Source of the DNA: Eledone cirrhosa
Taxonomy: Eukaryota
Assembly (NCBI GenBank): GCA_964016885.1
Contig: CAXHJY010000955.1
Location: 124,001 to 188,000, forward strand
Reading direction: 5' to 3'
Length of the DNA: 64,000 nucleotides
Shown: piece after piece, positions 15,051-31,100 of the stretch
How the letters are laid out: every line of letters begins with the position of its first letter
Numbering within the stretch: position 1 is the first letter of the stretch
Notes under the pieces: generated by a model
The model's input: only the letters and a program-made list of their open reading frames with translations
Databases searched by the model: none
Told to the model about the DNA's origin: nothing
Made by a program: the position numbers and the translations under genes

Positions 15051-16499
15051 TAGAAATATATTGGTGTAAAGTTGGGAATAGAAATATATTGGAGTAAGGT
15101 TGGAATAGAAATATATTGGTGTAATGTTGGAATAGAAATATATTGGTGGAAAGTTGGGAATAAAAATATATTGGTGTAAAGTTGGGAATAGAAATATATT
15201 GGTGTAAAGTTGGAATAGAAATATATTGGTGTTAAGTTGGAATAGAAATATATTGGTGAAAAGTTGGAATAGAAATATATTGGTGTAAAGTTGGGAATAG
15301 AAATATATTGGAGTAAGGTTGAAATAGAAATATATTGGTGTAAAGTTGGGAATAGAAATATTTTGGTGTAAAGTTGAGAATAGAAATATATTGGTGTAAA
15401 GTTGGAATAGAAATATATTGGTGTAAAGTTGGGAATAGAAATATATTGGTGTAAAGTTGGGAATAGAAATATTTTGGTGTAAAGTTGGGAATAGAAATAT
15501 ATTGGTGTAAAGTTGGGAATAGAAATATATTGGCGTAAAGTTGGAATAGAAATATATTGGATTAAAGTTGGGAATAGAAATATATTGGTGTAAAGTTGGG
15601 AATAGAAATATATTGGTGTAAAGTTGGAATAGAAATTAATTGGAATAAAGTTGGGAATAGAAATATATTGGTGTAAAGTTGGAATAGAAATATATTGGTG
15701 TAAAGTTGGAATAGAAATATATTGGTGTAAAGTTGGAAATAGAAATATATTGGTGTAAAGTTGGAATAGAAATATATTGGTGTAAATTTGGGTATAGAAA
15801 TATATTGGTGTAAAGTTGGAATAGAAATATATGGTGTAAAGTTGGAATAGAAATATATTGGTGTAAAGTTAGATTAGAAATATATTGGTTTAAAATTGGG
15901 AATAGAAATATATTGGTGTATAGTTGGGAATAGAAATATATCGGTGGAATGTTGGGAATAGAAATATATTGGTGTAAAGTTGGGTATAGAAATATATTGG
16001 TGTAAAGTTGGAATAGAAATATATTGGTGTAAAGTTGGAATAGAAATATATTGGTGTAAAGTTGGAATAGAAATATATTGGTGTAAAGTTGGGAATAGGA
16101 ATATATTGGTGTAAAGTTGGAATAGAAATATATTGGTGTAAAGTTAGGAATAGAAATATATTGGAGTAAGGTTGAAATAGAAATATATTGGGGTAAAGTT
16201 GGAATAGAAATATAATGGTGTAAAGTTGGGAATAGAAATATATTGGTGTAAAGTTGGGAATAGAAATATATTGGTGTAAAGTTGGAATAGAAATAAACTG
16301 GTGTAAAGTTAGGAATAGAAATATATTGGAGTAAGGTTGAAATAGAAATATATTGGTGTAAAGTTGGAATAGAAATATATTGGTGTAAAGTTGGGAATAG
16401 AAATATATTGGTGTAAAGTTGGGAACAGAAATATTTTGGTGTAAAGTTGGAAATAGAAATATATTGGTGTAAAATTGGAATAGAAATATATTGCTGTAA

Positions 16500-18750
16500 A
16501 GTTGGGAATAGAAATATATTGGAATGAGGTTGGAATAGAAATATATTGGTGTAAAGTTAGAATAGAAATATATTGGTGTAAAGTTAGGAATAGAAATATA
16601 TTGGTGTAAAGTTGGGAATAGGAATATATTGGTGTAAAGTTGGAATAGAAATATATGGTGTAAAGTTGGAATAGAAATACATTGGTGTAAAGTTGGAATA
16701 GAAATATATTTGTGTAAAGTTGGAATAGAAATATATTGGTGTAAAGTTGGAATAGAAATATATTGGTGTAAAGTTGGGAATAGAAATATATTGGTGTAAA
16801 GTTGGGAATAGAAATATTTTGGTGTAAAGTTGGGAATAGAAATATATTGGTGTAAAGTTGGCGATAGAAATATTATGGTGTAAAGTTGGGAATAGAAATA
16901 TATTGGTGTAAAGTTGGGAACAGAAATATATTGGTGTAAAGTTGGAATAGAAATATATTGGTGTATAGTTGGGAATAGAAATATATTGGTGTAAAGTTGG
17001 AACAGAAATATATTGGTGTAAAGTTTGAATAGAAATATATTGGTGTAAAGTTGGGAATAGAAATATGTTGGTGTAAAGTTGGAATAGAAATATATGGTGT
17101 AAAGTGGGAATAGAAATATATTGGTGTAAAGTTGGAATTGAAATATATTGGTGTAAAGTTGGAATAGAAATATATTGGTGTAAAGTTGAGAATAGAAATA
17201 TATTGGTGTAAAGTTGGAATAGAAATATATTGGTGTAAAGTCGGAATAGAAATATATTGGTGTAAAGTTGGAATAGAAATTTATTGGTCTAAATTTGGAA
17301 ATAGAAATATATTGGTGTAAAGTTGGGAATAGAAATATATTGGTGTAAAGTTGGGAATAGAAATATATTGGAGTAAAGTTGGGAATAGAAATATATTGGT
17401 GCAAAGTTGGAATAGAAATATATTGGTGTAAAGTTGGGAATAGAAATATATTGGTGTAAAGTTGGGAATAGAAATATATTGGTGCGAAGTTGGAATAGAA
17501 ATATATTGGTGTAACGTTGGGAATAGAAATATATTGGAGTAAAGTTGGGAATAGAAATATATTGGTGCAAAGTTGAAATAGAAATATATTGGTGTAAAGT
17601 TGGAATAGAAATATATTGGTGTAAAGTTGGGAATAGAAATATATTGGAATGAGGTTGGAATAGAAATATATTGGTGTAAAGTTAGAATAGAAATATATTG
17701 GTGTAAAGTTAGGAATAGAAATATATTGGTGTAAAGTTGGGAATAGGAATATATTGGTGTAAAGTTGGAATAGAAATATATGGTGTAAAGTTGGAATAGA
17801 AATACATTGGTGTAAAGTTGGAATAGAAATATATTTGTGTAAAGTTGGAATAGAAATATATTGGTGTAAAGTTGGAATAGAAATATATTGGTGTAAAGTT
17901 GGGAATAGAAATATATTGGTGTAAAGTTGGGAATAGAAATATTTTGGTGTAAAGTTGGGAATAGAAATATATTGGTGTAAAGTTGGCGATAGAAATATTA
18001 TGGTGTAAAGTTGGGAATAGAAATATATTGGTGTAAAGTTGGGAACAGAAATATATTGGTGTAAAGTTGGAATAGAAATATATTGGTGTATAGTTGGGAA
18101 TAGAAATATATTGGTGTAAAGTTGGAACAGAAATATATTGGTGTAAAGTTTGAATAGAAATATATTGGTGTAAAGTTGGGAATAGAAATATGTTGGTGTA
18201 AAGTTGGAATAGAAATATATGGTGTAAAGTGGGAATAGAAATATATTGGTGTAAAGTTGGAATTGAAATATATTGGTGTAAAGTCGGAATAGAAATATAT
18301 TGGTGTAAAGTTGAGAATAGAAATATATTGGTGTAAAGTTGGAATAGAAATATATTGGTGTAAAGTCGGAATAGAAATATATTGGTGTAAAGTTGGAATA
18401 GAAATTTATTGGTCTAAATTTGGAAATAGAAATATATTGGTGTAAAGTTGGGAATAGAAATATATTGGTGTAAAGTTGGGAATAGAAATATATTGGAGTA
18501 AAGTTGGGAATAGAAATATATTGGTGCAAAGTTGGAATAGAAATATATTGGTGTAAAGTTGGGAATAGAAATATATTGGTGTAAAGTTGGGAATAGAAAT
18601 ATATTGGTGCGAAGTTGGAATAGAAATATATTGGTGTAACGTTGGGAATAGAAATATATTGGAGTAAAGTTGGGAATAGAAATATATTGGTGCAAAGTTG
18701 AAATAGAAATATATTGGTGTAAAGTTGGAATAGAAATATATTGGTGTAAA
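16500..18750 (+). repeat. Tandem duplication with an 1125-bp unit (two copies)
   Basis: GAATGAGG at 16522/17647. Identical ORFs at 17289 and 18414. Confidence 0.85.
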
Positions 18751-21700
18751 GTTGGAATAGAAATATATTGGTGTAATGTTGGGAATAGAAATATATTGGT
18801 GTAAAGTTGGAATAGAAATATATTGGTGTAAAGTTGGGAATAGAAATATATTGGAGTAAGGTTGGAATAGTAATATATTGGTGTAAAGTTGGGAATAGAA
18901 ATATATTGGAGTAAGGTTGAAATAGAAATATATTGGTGTAACGTTGGGAATAGAAATATATTGGAGTAAAGTTGGGAATAGAAATATATTGGTGCAAAGT
19001 TGAAATAGAAATATATTGGTGTAAAGTTGGAATAGAAATATATTGGTGTAAAGTTGGAATAGAAATATATTGGTGTAATGTTGGGAATAGAAATATATTG
19101 GTGTAAAGTTGGAATAGAAATATATTGGTGTAAAGTTGGGAATAGAAATATATTGGAGTAAGGTTGGAATAGTAATATATTGGTGTAAAGTTGGGAATAG
19201 AAATATATTGGTGTAAAGTTGGGAATAGAAATATTTTGGTGTAAAGTTGGGAATAGAAATATATTGGTGTAAAGTTGGGAATAGAAATATATTGGTGTAA
19301 AGTTGGAATAGAAATATATTGGAGTAAAGTTGGGAATAGAAATATATTGGTGTAAAGTTGGGAATAGAAATATATTGGTGTAAAGTTGGAATAGAAATTA
19401 ATTGGAATAAAGTTGGGAATAGAAATATATTGGTGTAAAGTTGGAATAGAAATATATTGGTGTAAAGTTGGAATAGAAATATATTGGTGTAAAGTTGGAA
19501 ATAGAAATATATTGGTGTAAAGTTGGGATAGAAATATATTGGTGTAAATTTGGGTATAGAAATATATTGGTGTAAAGTTGGAATAGAAATATATGGTGTA
19601 AAGTTGAAATAGAAATATATTGGTGTAAAGTTAGAATAGAAATATATTGGTTTAAAATTGGGAATAGAAATATATTGGTGAATAGTTGGGAATAGAAATA
19701 TATCGGTGGAATGTTGGGAATAGAAATATATTGGTGTAAAGTTGGGTATAGAAATGTATTGGTGTAAAGTTGGAATAGAAATATATTGGTGTCAAGTTGG
19801 AATAGAAATATATTGGTGTAAAGTTGGGAATAGGAATATATTGGTGTAAAGTTGGAATAGAAATATATTGGAGTAAGGTTGAAATAGAAATATATTGGTG
19901 TAAAGTTGGAATAGAAATATAATGGTGTAAAGTTGGGAATAGAAATATATTGGTGTAAAGTTGGGAATAGAAATATATTGGTGTAAAGTTGGAATAGAAA
20001 TATATTGGTGTAAAGTTAGGAATAGAAATATATTGGAGTAAGGTTGAAATAGAAATATATTGGTGTAAAGTTGGAATAGAAATATATTGGTGTAAAGGTA
20101 GAATAGAAATATATTGGTGTAAAGTTAGGAATAGAAATATATTGGTGTAAAGTTGGGAATAGGAATATATTGGTGTAAAGTTGGAATAGAAATATATGGT
20201 GTAAAGTTGGAATAGAAATACATTGGTGTAAAGTTGGAATAGAAATATATTTGTGTAAATTTGGAATAGAAATATATTGTTGTAAATTTGGGAATAGAAA
20301 TATATTGGTGTAAAGTTGGAATAGAAATATATTGGTGTAAAGTTGGAATAGAAATATATTGGTGTAAAGTTGGGAATAGAAATATATTGGTGTAAAGTTG
20401 GGAATAGAAATATATAGGTGTAAAGTTGGGAATAGAAATATATTGGAGTAAGGTTGGAATAGAAATATATTGGTGTAAAGTTGGAATAGAAATATATTGG
20501 TGTAAAGTTGGAAATAGAAATATATTGGTGTGAAGTTGGGAATAGAAATAGAATGGTGTAAAGTTGGAATAGAAATATATTGGTGTAAAGTTGGAATAGA
20601 AATATATGGTGTTAAGTTGGAATAGAAATACATTGGTGTAAAGATGGAATAGAAATATATTTGTGTAAATTTGGAATAGAAATATATTGGTGTAAATTTG
20701 GGAATAGAAATATATTGGTGTAAAGTTGGAATAGAAATATATTGGTGTAAAGTTGGGAATAGAAATATATTGGAGTAAGGTTGAAATAGAAATATATTGG
20801 TGTAAAGTTGGGAATAGAAATATATTGGTGTAAAGTTGGGAATAGAAATATATTGGTGTAAAGTTAGAATAGAAATATATTGGTGTAAAGTTGGAATAGA
20901 AATATATTGGTGTAAAGTTGGAATAGAAATATGTTGGTGTAAAGTTGGAATAGAAATATAATGGTGTAAAGTTGGGAATAGAAATATATTGGTGCAAAGT
21001 TGGGAATAGAAATATTTTGGTGTAAAGTTGGGAATAGAAATATACTGGTGTAAAGTTGGCGATAGAAATATTATGGTGTAAAGTTGGGAATAGAAATATA
21101 TTGGTGTAAAGTTGGGTATAGAAATATATTGGTGTAAAGTTGGAATAGAAATATATGGTGTAATGTTGGAATAGAAATATATTGGTGTAAAGTTAGAATA
21201 GAAATATATTGGTGTAAAATTGGGAATAGAAATATATTGGTGTAAAGTTGGGAATAGAAATATATTGGTGTAAAGTTGGAATAGAAATATATTGGTATAA
21301 AGTTGGGAATAGAAATATATTGGAGTAAGGTTGAAAAAGAAATATAGTGGTGTAAATTTGGGAATAGAAATATATTGGTGTAAAGTTGGGAATAGAAATA
21401 TATTGGTGTAAAGTTGGGAATAGAAATATATTGGTGTAAAGTTGGGAATAGAAATATATTGGTGTAAAGTTGGAATAGAAATATGTTGGTGTAAAGTTGG
21501 AATAGAAATATAATGGTGTAAAGTTGGGAATAGAAATATATTGGTGCAAAGTTGGGAATAGAAATATATTGGCGTAAAGTTGGGAATAGAAATATATTGG
21601 TGTAAAGTTGGGAATAGAAATATATTGGAGTAAAGTTGGGAATAGAAATATATTGGTGCAAAGTTGGAATAGAAATATATTGGTGTAAAGTTGGGAATAG

Positions 21701-24088
21701 AAATATATTGGTGTAAAGTTGGGAATAGAAATATATTGGTGCGAAATTGGAATAGAAATATATTGGTGTAAAGTTGGGAATAGAAATATATTGGAGTAAA
21801 GTTGGGAATAGAAATATATTGGTGCAAAGTTGAAATAGAAATATATTGGTGTAAAGTTGGAATAGAAATATATTGGTGTAAAGTTGGAATAGAAATATAT
21901 TGGTGTAATGTTGGGAATAGAAATATATTGGTGTAAAGTTGGAATAGAAATATATTGGTGTAAAGTTGGGAATAGAAATATATTGGAGTAAGGTTGGAAT
22001 AGAAATATATTGGTGTAATGTTGGAATAGAAATATATTGGTGGAAAGTTGGGAATAGAAATATATTGGTGTAAAGTTGGGAATAGAAATATATTGGTGTA
22101 ATGTTGGAATAGAAATATATTGGTGTTAAGTTGGAATAGAAATATATCGGTGTAAAGTTGGAATAGAAATATATTGGTGTAAAGTTGGGAATAGAAATAT
22201 ATTGGAGTAAGGTTGAAATAGAAATATATTGGTGTAAAGTTGGGAATAGAAATATATTGGTGTAAAGTTGGGAATAGAAATATATTGGTGTAAAGTTGGG
22301 AATAGAAATATTTTGGTGTAAAGTTGAGAATAGAAATATATTGGTGTAAAGTTGGAATAGAAATATATTGGTGTAAAGTTGGGAATTGAAATATATTGGT
22401 GTAAAGTTGGGAATAGAAATATTTTGGTGTAAAGTTGGGAATAGAAATATATTGGTGTAAAGTTGGGAATAGAAATATATTGGTGTAAAGTTGGAATAGA
22501 AATATATTGGAGTAAAGTTGGGAATAGAAATATATTGGTGTAAAGTTGGGAATAGAAATATATTGGTGTAAAGTTGGAATAGAAATTAATTGGAATAAAG
22601 TTGGGAATAGAAATATATTGGTGTAAAGTTGGAATAGAAATATATTGGTGTAAAGTTGGAATAGAAATATATTGGTGTAAAGTTGGAAATAGAAATATAT
22701 TGGTGTAAAGTTGGAATAGAAATATATTGGTGTAAATTTGGGTATAGAAACATATTGGTGTAAAGTTGGAATAGAAATATATGGTGTAAAGTTGGAATAG
22801 AAATATATTGGTGTAAAGTTAGAATAGAAATATATTGGTTTAAAATTGGGAATAGAAATATATTGGTGAATAGTTGGGAATAGAAATATATCGGTGGAAT
22901 GTTGGGAATAGAAATATATTGGTGTAAAGTTGGGTATAGAAATATATTGGTGTAAAGTTGGAATAGAAATATATTGGTGTAAAGTTGGGAATAGGAATAT
23001 ATTGGTGTAAAGTTGGAATAGAAATATATGGTGTAAAGTTGGAATAGAAATATATTGGTGTAAAGTTAGGAATAGAAATATATTGGAGTAAGGTTGAAAT
23101 AGAAATATATTGGTGTAAAGTTGGAGTAGAAATATAATGGTGTAAAGTTGGGAATAGAAATATATTGGTGTAAAGTTGGGAATAGAAATATATTGGTGTA
23201 AAGTTGGAATAGAAATATATTGGTGTAAAGTTAGGAATAGAAATATATTGGAGTAAGGTTGAAATAGAAATATATTGGTGTAAAGTTGGGAATAGAAATA
23301 TATTGGTGTAAATTTGGGAATAGAAATACTTTGGTGTAAAGTTGGAAATAGAAATATATTGGTGTAAAATTGGAATAGAAATATATTGGTGTAAAGTTGG
23401 GAATAGAAATATATTGGAATGAGGTTGGAATAGAAATATATTGGTGTAAAGTTAGAATAGAAATATATTGGTGTAAAGTTAGGAATAGAAATATATTGGT
23501 GTAAAGTTGGGAATAGGAATATATTGGTGTAAAGTTGGAATAGAAATATATGGTGTAAAGTTGGAATAGAAATATATTGGTGTAAAGTTAGAATAGAAAT
23601 ATATTGGTTTAAAACTGGGAATAGAAATATATTGGTGAATAGTTGGGAATAGAAATATATCGGTGGAATGTTGGGAATAGAAATATATTGGTGTAAAGTT
23701 GGGTATAGAAATATATTGGTGTAAAGTTGGAATAGAAATATATTGGTGTAAAGTTGGAATAGAAATATATTGGTGTAAAGTTGGGAATAGGAATATATTG
23801 GTGTAAAGTTGGAATAGAAATATATTGGTGTAAAGTTAAGAATAGAAATATATTGGAGTAAGGTTGAAATAGAAATATATTGGTGTAAAGTGGGAATAGA
23901 AATATAATGGTGTAAAGTTGGGAATAGAAATATATTGGTGTAAAGTTGGGAATAGAAATGTATTGGTGTAAAGTTGGAATAGAAATATATTGGTGTAAAG
24001 TTAGGAATAGAAATATATTGGAGTAAGGTTGAAATAGAAATATATTGGTGTAAAGTTGGAATAGAAATATATTGGTGTAAAGTTGGGA

Positions 24089-27000
24089 ATAGAAATATAT
24101 TGGTGTAAAGTTAGGAATAGAAATATATTGGTGTAAAGTTGGGAATAGGAATATATTGGTGTAAAGTTGGAATAGAAATATATGGTGTAAAGTTGGAATA
24201 GAAATACATTGGTGTAAAGTTGGAATAGAAATATATTTGTGTAAAGTTGGAATAGAAATATATTGGTGTAAAGTTGGAATAGAAATATATTGGTGTAAAG
24301 TTGGGAATAGAAATATATTGGTGTAAAGTTGGGAATAGAAATATTTTGGTGTAAAGTTGGGAATAGAAATATATTGGTGTAAAGTTGGCGATAGAAATAT
24401 TATGGTGTAAAGTTGGGAATAGAAATATATTGGTGTAAAGTTGGGAACAGAAATATATTGGTGTAAAGTTGGAATAGAAATATATTGGTGTATAGTTGGG
24501 AATAGAAATATATTGGTGTAAAGTTGGAACAGAAATATATTGGTGTAAAGTTTGAATAGAAATATATTGGTGTAAAGTTGGGAATAGAAATATGTTGGTG
24601 TAAAGTTGGAATAGAAATATATGGTGTAAAGTGGGAATAGAAATATATTGGTGTAAAGTTGGAATTGAAATATATTGGTGTAAAGTTGGAATAGAAATAT
24701 ATTGGTGTAAAGTTGAGAATAGAAATATATTGGTGTAAAGTTGGAATAGAAATATATTGGTGTAAAGTCGGAATAGAAATATATTGGTGTAAAGTTGGAA
24801 TAGAAATTTATTGGTCTAAATTTGGAAATAGAAATATATTGGTGTAAAGTTGGGAATAGAAATATATTGGTGTAAAGTTGGGAATAGAAATATATTGGAG
24901 TAAAGTTGGGAATAGAAATATATTGGTGCAAAGTTGGAATAGAAATATATTGGTGTAAAGTTGGGAATAGAAATATATTGGTGTAAAGTTGGGAATAGAA
25001 ATATATTGGTGCGAAGTTGGAATAGAAATATATTGGTGTAACGTTGGGAATAGAAATATATTGGAGTAAAGTTGGGAATAGAAATATATTGGTGCAAAGT
25101 TGAAATAGAAATATATTGGTGTAAAGTTGGAATAGAAATATATTGGTGTAAAGTTGGGAATAGAAATATATTGGAATGAGGTTGGAATAGAAATATATTG
25201 GTGTAAAGTTAGAATAGAAATATATTGGTGTAAAGTTAGGAATAGAAATATATTGGTGTAAAGTTGGGAATAGGAATATATTGGTGTAAAGTTGGAATAG
25301 AAATATATGGTGTAAAGTTGGAATAGAAATACATTGGTGTAAAGTTGGAATAGAAATATATTTGTGTAAAGTTGGAATAGAAATATATTGGTGTAAAGTT
25401 GGAATAGAAATATATTGGTGTAAAGTTGGGAATAGAAATATATTGGTGTAAAGTTGGGAATAGAAATATTTTGGTGTAAAGTTGGGAATAGAAATATATT
25501 GGTGTAAAGTTGGCGATAGAAATATTATGGTGTAAAGTTGGGAATAGAAATATATTGGTGTAAAGTTGGGAACAGAAATATATTGGTGTAAAGTTGGAAT
25601 AGAAATATATTGGTGTATAGTTGGGAATAGAAATATATTGGTGTAAAGTTGGAACAGAAATATATTGGTGTAAAGTTTGAATAGAAATATATTGGTGTAA
25701 AGTTGGGAATAGAAATATGTTGGTGTAAAGTTGGAATAGAAATATATGGTGTAAAGTGGGAATAGAAATATATTGGTGTAAAGTTGGAATTGAAATATAT
25801 TGGTGTAAAGTCGGAATAGAAATATATTGGTGTAAAGTTGAGAATAGAAATATATTGGTGTAAAGTTGGAATAGAAATATATTGGTGTAAAGTCGGAATA
25901 GAAATATATTGGTGTAAAGTTGGAATAGAAATTTATTGGTCTAAATTTGGAAATAGAAATATATTGGTGTAAAGTTGGGAATAGAAATATATTGGTGTAA
26001 AGTTGGGAATAGAAATATATTGGAGTAAAGTTGGGAATAGAAATATATTGGTGCAAAGTTGGAATAGAAATATATTGGTGTAAAGTTGGGAATAGAAATA
26101 TATTGGTGTAAAGTTGGGAATAGAAATATATTGGTGCGAAGTTGGAATAGAAATATATTGGTGTAACGTTGGGAATAGAAATATATTGGAGTAAAGTTGG
26201 GAATAGAAATATATTGGTGCAAAGTTGAAATAGAAATATATTGGTGTAAAGTTGGAATAGAAATATATTGGTGTAAAGTTGGAATAGAAATATATTGGTG
26301 TAATGTTGGGAATAGAAATATATTGGTGTAAAGTTGGAATAGAAATATATTGGTGTAAAGTTGGGAATAGAAATATATTGGAGTAAGGTTGGAATAGTAA
26401 TATATTGGTGTAAAGTTGGGAATAGAAATATATTGGAGTAAGGTTGAAATAGAAATATATTGGTGTAACGTTGGGAATAGAAATATATTGGAGTAAAGTT
26501 GGGAATAGAAATATATTGGTGCAAAGTTGAAATAGAAATATATTGGTGTAAAGTTGGAATAGAAATATATTGGTGTAAAGTTGGAATAGAAATATATTGG
26601 TGTAATGTTGGGAATAGAAATATATTGGTGTAAAGTTGGAATAGAAATATATTGGTGTAAAGTTGGGAATAGAAATATATTGGAGTAAGGTTGGAATAGT
26701 AATATATTGGTGTAAAGTTGGGAATAGAAATATATTGGTGTAAAGTTGGGAATAGAAATATTTTGGTGTAAAGTTGGGAATAGAAATATATTGGTGTAAA
26801 GTTGGGAATAGAAATATATTGGTGTAAAGTTGGAATAGAAATATATTGGAGTAAAGTTGGGAATAGAAATATATTGGTGTAAAGTTGGGAATAGAAATAT
26901 ATTGGTGTAAAGTTGGAATAGAAATTAATTGGAATAAAGTTGGGAATAGAAATATATTGGTGTAAAGTTGGAATAGAAATATATTGGTGTAAAGTTGGAA

Positions 27001-28115
27001 TAGAAATATATTGGTGTAAAGTTGGAAATAGAAATATATTGGTGTAAAGTTGGGATAGAAATATATTGGTGTAAATTTGGGTATAGAAATATATTGGTGT
27101 AAAGTTGGAATAGAAATATATGGTGTAAAGTTGAAATAGAAATATATTGGTGTAAAGTTAGAATAGAAATATATTGGTTTAAAATTGGGAATAGAAATAT
27201 ATTGGTGAATAGTTGGGAATAGAAATATATCGGTGGAATGTTGGGAATAGAAATATATTGGTGTAAAGTTGGGTATAGAAATGTATTGGTGTAAAGTTGG
27301 AATAGAAATATATTGGTGTCAAGTTGGAATAGAAATATATTGGTGTAAAGTTGGGAATAGGAATATATTGGTGTAAAGTTGGAATAGAAATATATTGGAG
27401 TAAGGTTGAAATAGAAATATATTGGTGTAAAGTTGGAATAGAAATATAATGGTGTAAAGTTGGGAATAGAAATATATTGGTGTAAAGTTGGGAATAGAAA
27501 TATATTGGTGTAAAGTTGGAATAGAAATATATTGGTGTAAAGTTAGGAATAGAAATATATTGGAGTAAGGTTGAAATAGAAATATATTGGTGTAAAGTTG
27601 GAATAGAAATATATTGGTGTAAAGGTAGAATAGAAATATATTGGTGTAAAGTTAGGAATAGAAATATATTGGTGTAAAGTTGGGAATAGGAATATATTGG
27701 TGTAAAGTTGGAATAGAAATATATGGTGTAAAGTTGGAATAGAAATACATTGGTGTAAAGTTGGAATAGAAATATATTTGTGTAAATTTGGAATAGAAAT
27801 ATATTGTTGTAAATTTGGGAATAGAAATATATTGGTGTAAAGTTGGAATAGAAATATATTGGTGTAAAGTTGGAATAGAAATATATTGGTGTAAAGTTGG
27901 GAATAGAAATATATTGGTGTAAAGTTGGGAATAGAAATATATAGGTGTAAAGTTGGGAATAGAAATATATTGGAGTAAGGTTGGAATAGAAATATATTGG
28001 TGTAAAGTTGGAATAGAAATATATTGGTGTAAAGTTGGAAATAGAAATATATTGGTGTGAAGTTGGGAATAGAAATAGAATGGTGTAAAGTTGGAATAGA
28101 AATATATTGGTGTAA
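24089..28115 (+). repeat. About 4.0-kb duplicate of 16562-20588 (offset 7527), including the 1125-bp doublet
   Basis: ORFs 17289/24816 and 18414/25941. AAGTTAGG at 16581/24108 and GAATGGTG at 20551/28078. The match ends near 20588/28115. Confidence 0.85.
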
Positions 28116-31100
28116 TGTTGGGAATAGAAATATATTGGTGTAAAGTTGGAATAGAAATATATTGGTGTAAAGTTGGGAATAGAAATATATTGGAGTAAGG
28201 TTGGAATAGTAATATATTGGTGTAAAGTTGGGAATAGAAATATATTGGAGTAAGGTTGAAATAGAAATATATTGGTGTAACGTTGGGAATAGAAATATAT
28301 TGGAGTAAAGTTGGGAATAGAAATATATTGGTGCAAAGTTGAAATAGAAATATATTGGTGTAAAGTTGGAATAGAAATATATTGGTGTAAAGTTGGAATA
28401 GAAATATATTGGTGTAATGTTGGGAATAGAAATATATTGGTGTAAAGTTGGAATAGAAATATATTGGTGTAAAGTTGGGAATAGAAATATATTGGAGTAA
28501 GGTTGGAATAGTAATATATTGGTGTAAAGTTGGGAATAGAAATATATTGGTGTAAAGTTGGGAATAGAAATATTTTGGTGTAAAGTTGGGAATAGAAATA
28601 TATTGGTGTAAAGTTGGGAATAGAAATATATTGGTGTAAAGTTGGAATAGAAATATATTGGAGTAAAGTTGGGAATAGAAATATATTGGTGTAAAGTTGG
28701 GAATAGAAATATATTGGTGTAAAGTTGGAATAGAAATTAATTGGAATAAAGTTGGGAATAGAAATATATTGGTGTAAAGTTGGAATAGAAATATATTGGT
28801 GTAAAGTTGGAATAGAAATATATTGGTGTAAAGTTGGAAATAGAAATATATTGGTGTAAAGTTGGGATAGAAATATATTGGTGTAAATTTGGGTATAGAA
28901 ATATATTGGTGTAAAGTTGGAATAGAAATATATGGTGTAAAGTTGAAATAGAAATATATTGGTGTAAAGTTAGAATAGAAATATATTGGTTTAAAATTGG
29001 GAATAGAAATATATTGGTGAATAGTTGGGAATAGAAATATATCGGTGGAATGTTGGGAATAGAAATATATTGGTGTAAAGTTGGGTATAGAAATGTATTG
29101 GTGTAAAGTTGGAATAGAAATATATTGGTGTCAAGTTGGAATAGAAATATATTGGTGTAAAGTTGGGAATAGGAATATATTGGTGTAAAGTTGGAATAGA
29201 AATATATTGGAGTAAGGTTGAAATAGAAATATATTGGTGTAAAGTTGGAATAGAAATATAATGGTGTAAAGTTGGGAATAGAAATATATTGGTGTAAAGT
29301 TGGGAATAGAAATATATTGGTGTAAAGTTGGAATAGAAATATATTGGTGTAAAGTTAGGAATAGAAATATATTGGAGTAAGGTTGAAATAGAAATATATT
29401 GGTGTAAAGTTGGAATAGAAATATATTGGTGTAAAGGTAGAATAGAAATATATTGGTGTAAAGTTAGGAATAGAAATATATTGGTGTAAAGTTGGGAATA
29501 GGAATATATTGGTGTAAAGTTGGAATAGAAATATATGGTGTAAAGTTGGAATAGAAATACATTGGTGTAAAGTTGGAATAGAAATATATTTGTGTAAATT
29601 TGGAATAGAAATATATTGTTGTAAATTTGGGAATAGAAATATATTGGTGTAAAGTTGGAATAGAAATATATTGGTGTAAAGTTGGAATAGAAATATATTG
29701 GTGTAAAGTTGGGAATAGAAATATATTGGTGTAAAGTTGGGAATAGAAATATATAGGTGTAAAGTTGGGAATAGAAATATATTGGAGTAAGGTTGGAATA
29801 GAAATATATTGGTGTAAAGTTGGAATAGAAATATATTGGTGTAAAGTTGGAAATAGAAATATATTGGTGTGAAGTTGGGAATAGAAATAGAATGGTGTAA
29901 AGTTGGAATAGAAATATATTGGTGTAAAGTTGGAATAGAAATATATGGTGTTAAGTTGGAATAGAAATACATTGGTGTAAAGATGGAATAGAAATATATT
30001 TGTGTAAATTTGGAATAGAAATATATTGGTGTAAATTTGGGAATAGAAATATATTGGTGTAAAGTTGGAATAGAAATATATTGGTGTAAAGTTGGGAATA
30101 GAAATATATTGGAGTAAGGTTGAAATAGAAATATATTGGTGTAAAGTTGGGAATAGAAATATATTGGTGTAAAGTTGGGAATAGAAATATATTGGTGTAA
30201 AGTTAGAATAGAAATATATTGGTGTAAAGTTGGAATAGAAATATATTGGTGTAAAGTTGGAATAGAAATATGTTGGTGTAAAGTTGGAATAGAAATATAA
30301 TGGTGTAAAGTTGGGAATAGAAATATATTGGTGCAAAGTTGGGAATAGAAATATTTTGGTGTAAAGTTGGGAATAGAAATATACTGGTGTAAAGTTGGCG
30401 ATAGAAATATTATGGTGTAAAGTTGGGAATAGAAATATATTGGTGTAAAGTTGGGTATAGAAATATATTGGTGTAAAGTTGGAATAGAAATATATGGTGT
30501 AATGTTGGAATAGAAATATATTGGTGTAAAGTTAGAATAGAAATATATTGGTGTAAAATTGGGAATAGAAATATATTGGTGTAAAGTTGGGAATAGAAAT
30601 ATATTGGTGTAAAGTTGGAATAGAAATATATTGGTATAAAGTTGGGAATAGAAATATATTGGAGTAAGGTTGAAAAAGAAATATAGTGGTGTAAATTTGG
30701 GAATAGAAATATATTGGTGTAAAGTTGGGAATAGAAATATATTGGTGTAAAGTTGGGAATAGAAATATATTGGTGTAAAGTTGGGAATAGAAATATATTG
30801 GTGTAAAGTTGGAATAGAAATATGTTGGTGTAAAGTTGGAATAGAAATATAATGGTGTAAAGTTGGGAATAGAAATATATTGGTGCAAAGTTGGGAATAG
30901 AAATATATTGGCGTAAAGTTGGGAATAGAAATATATTGGTGTAAAGTTGGGAATAGAAATATATTGGAGTAAAGTTGGGAATAGAAATATATTGGTGCAA
31001 AGTTGGAATAGAAATATATTGGTGTAAAGTTGGGAATAGAAATATATTGGTGTAAAGTTGGGAATAGAAATATATTGGTGCGAAATTGGAATAGAAATAT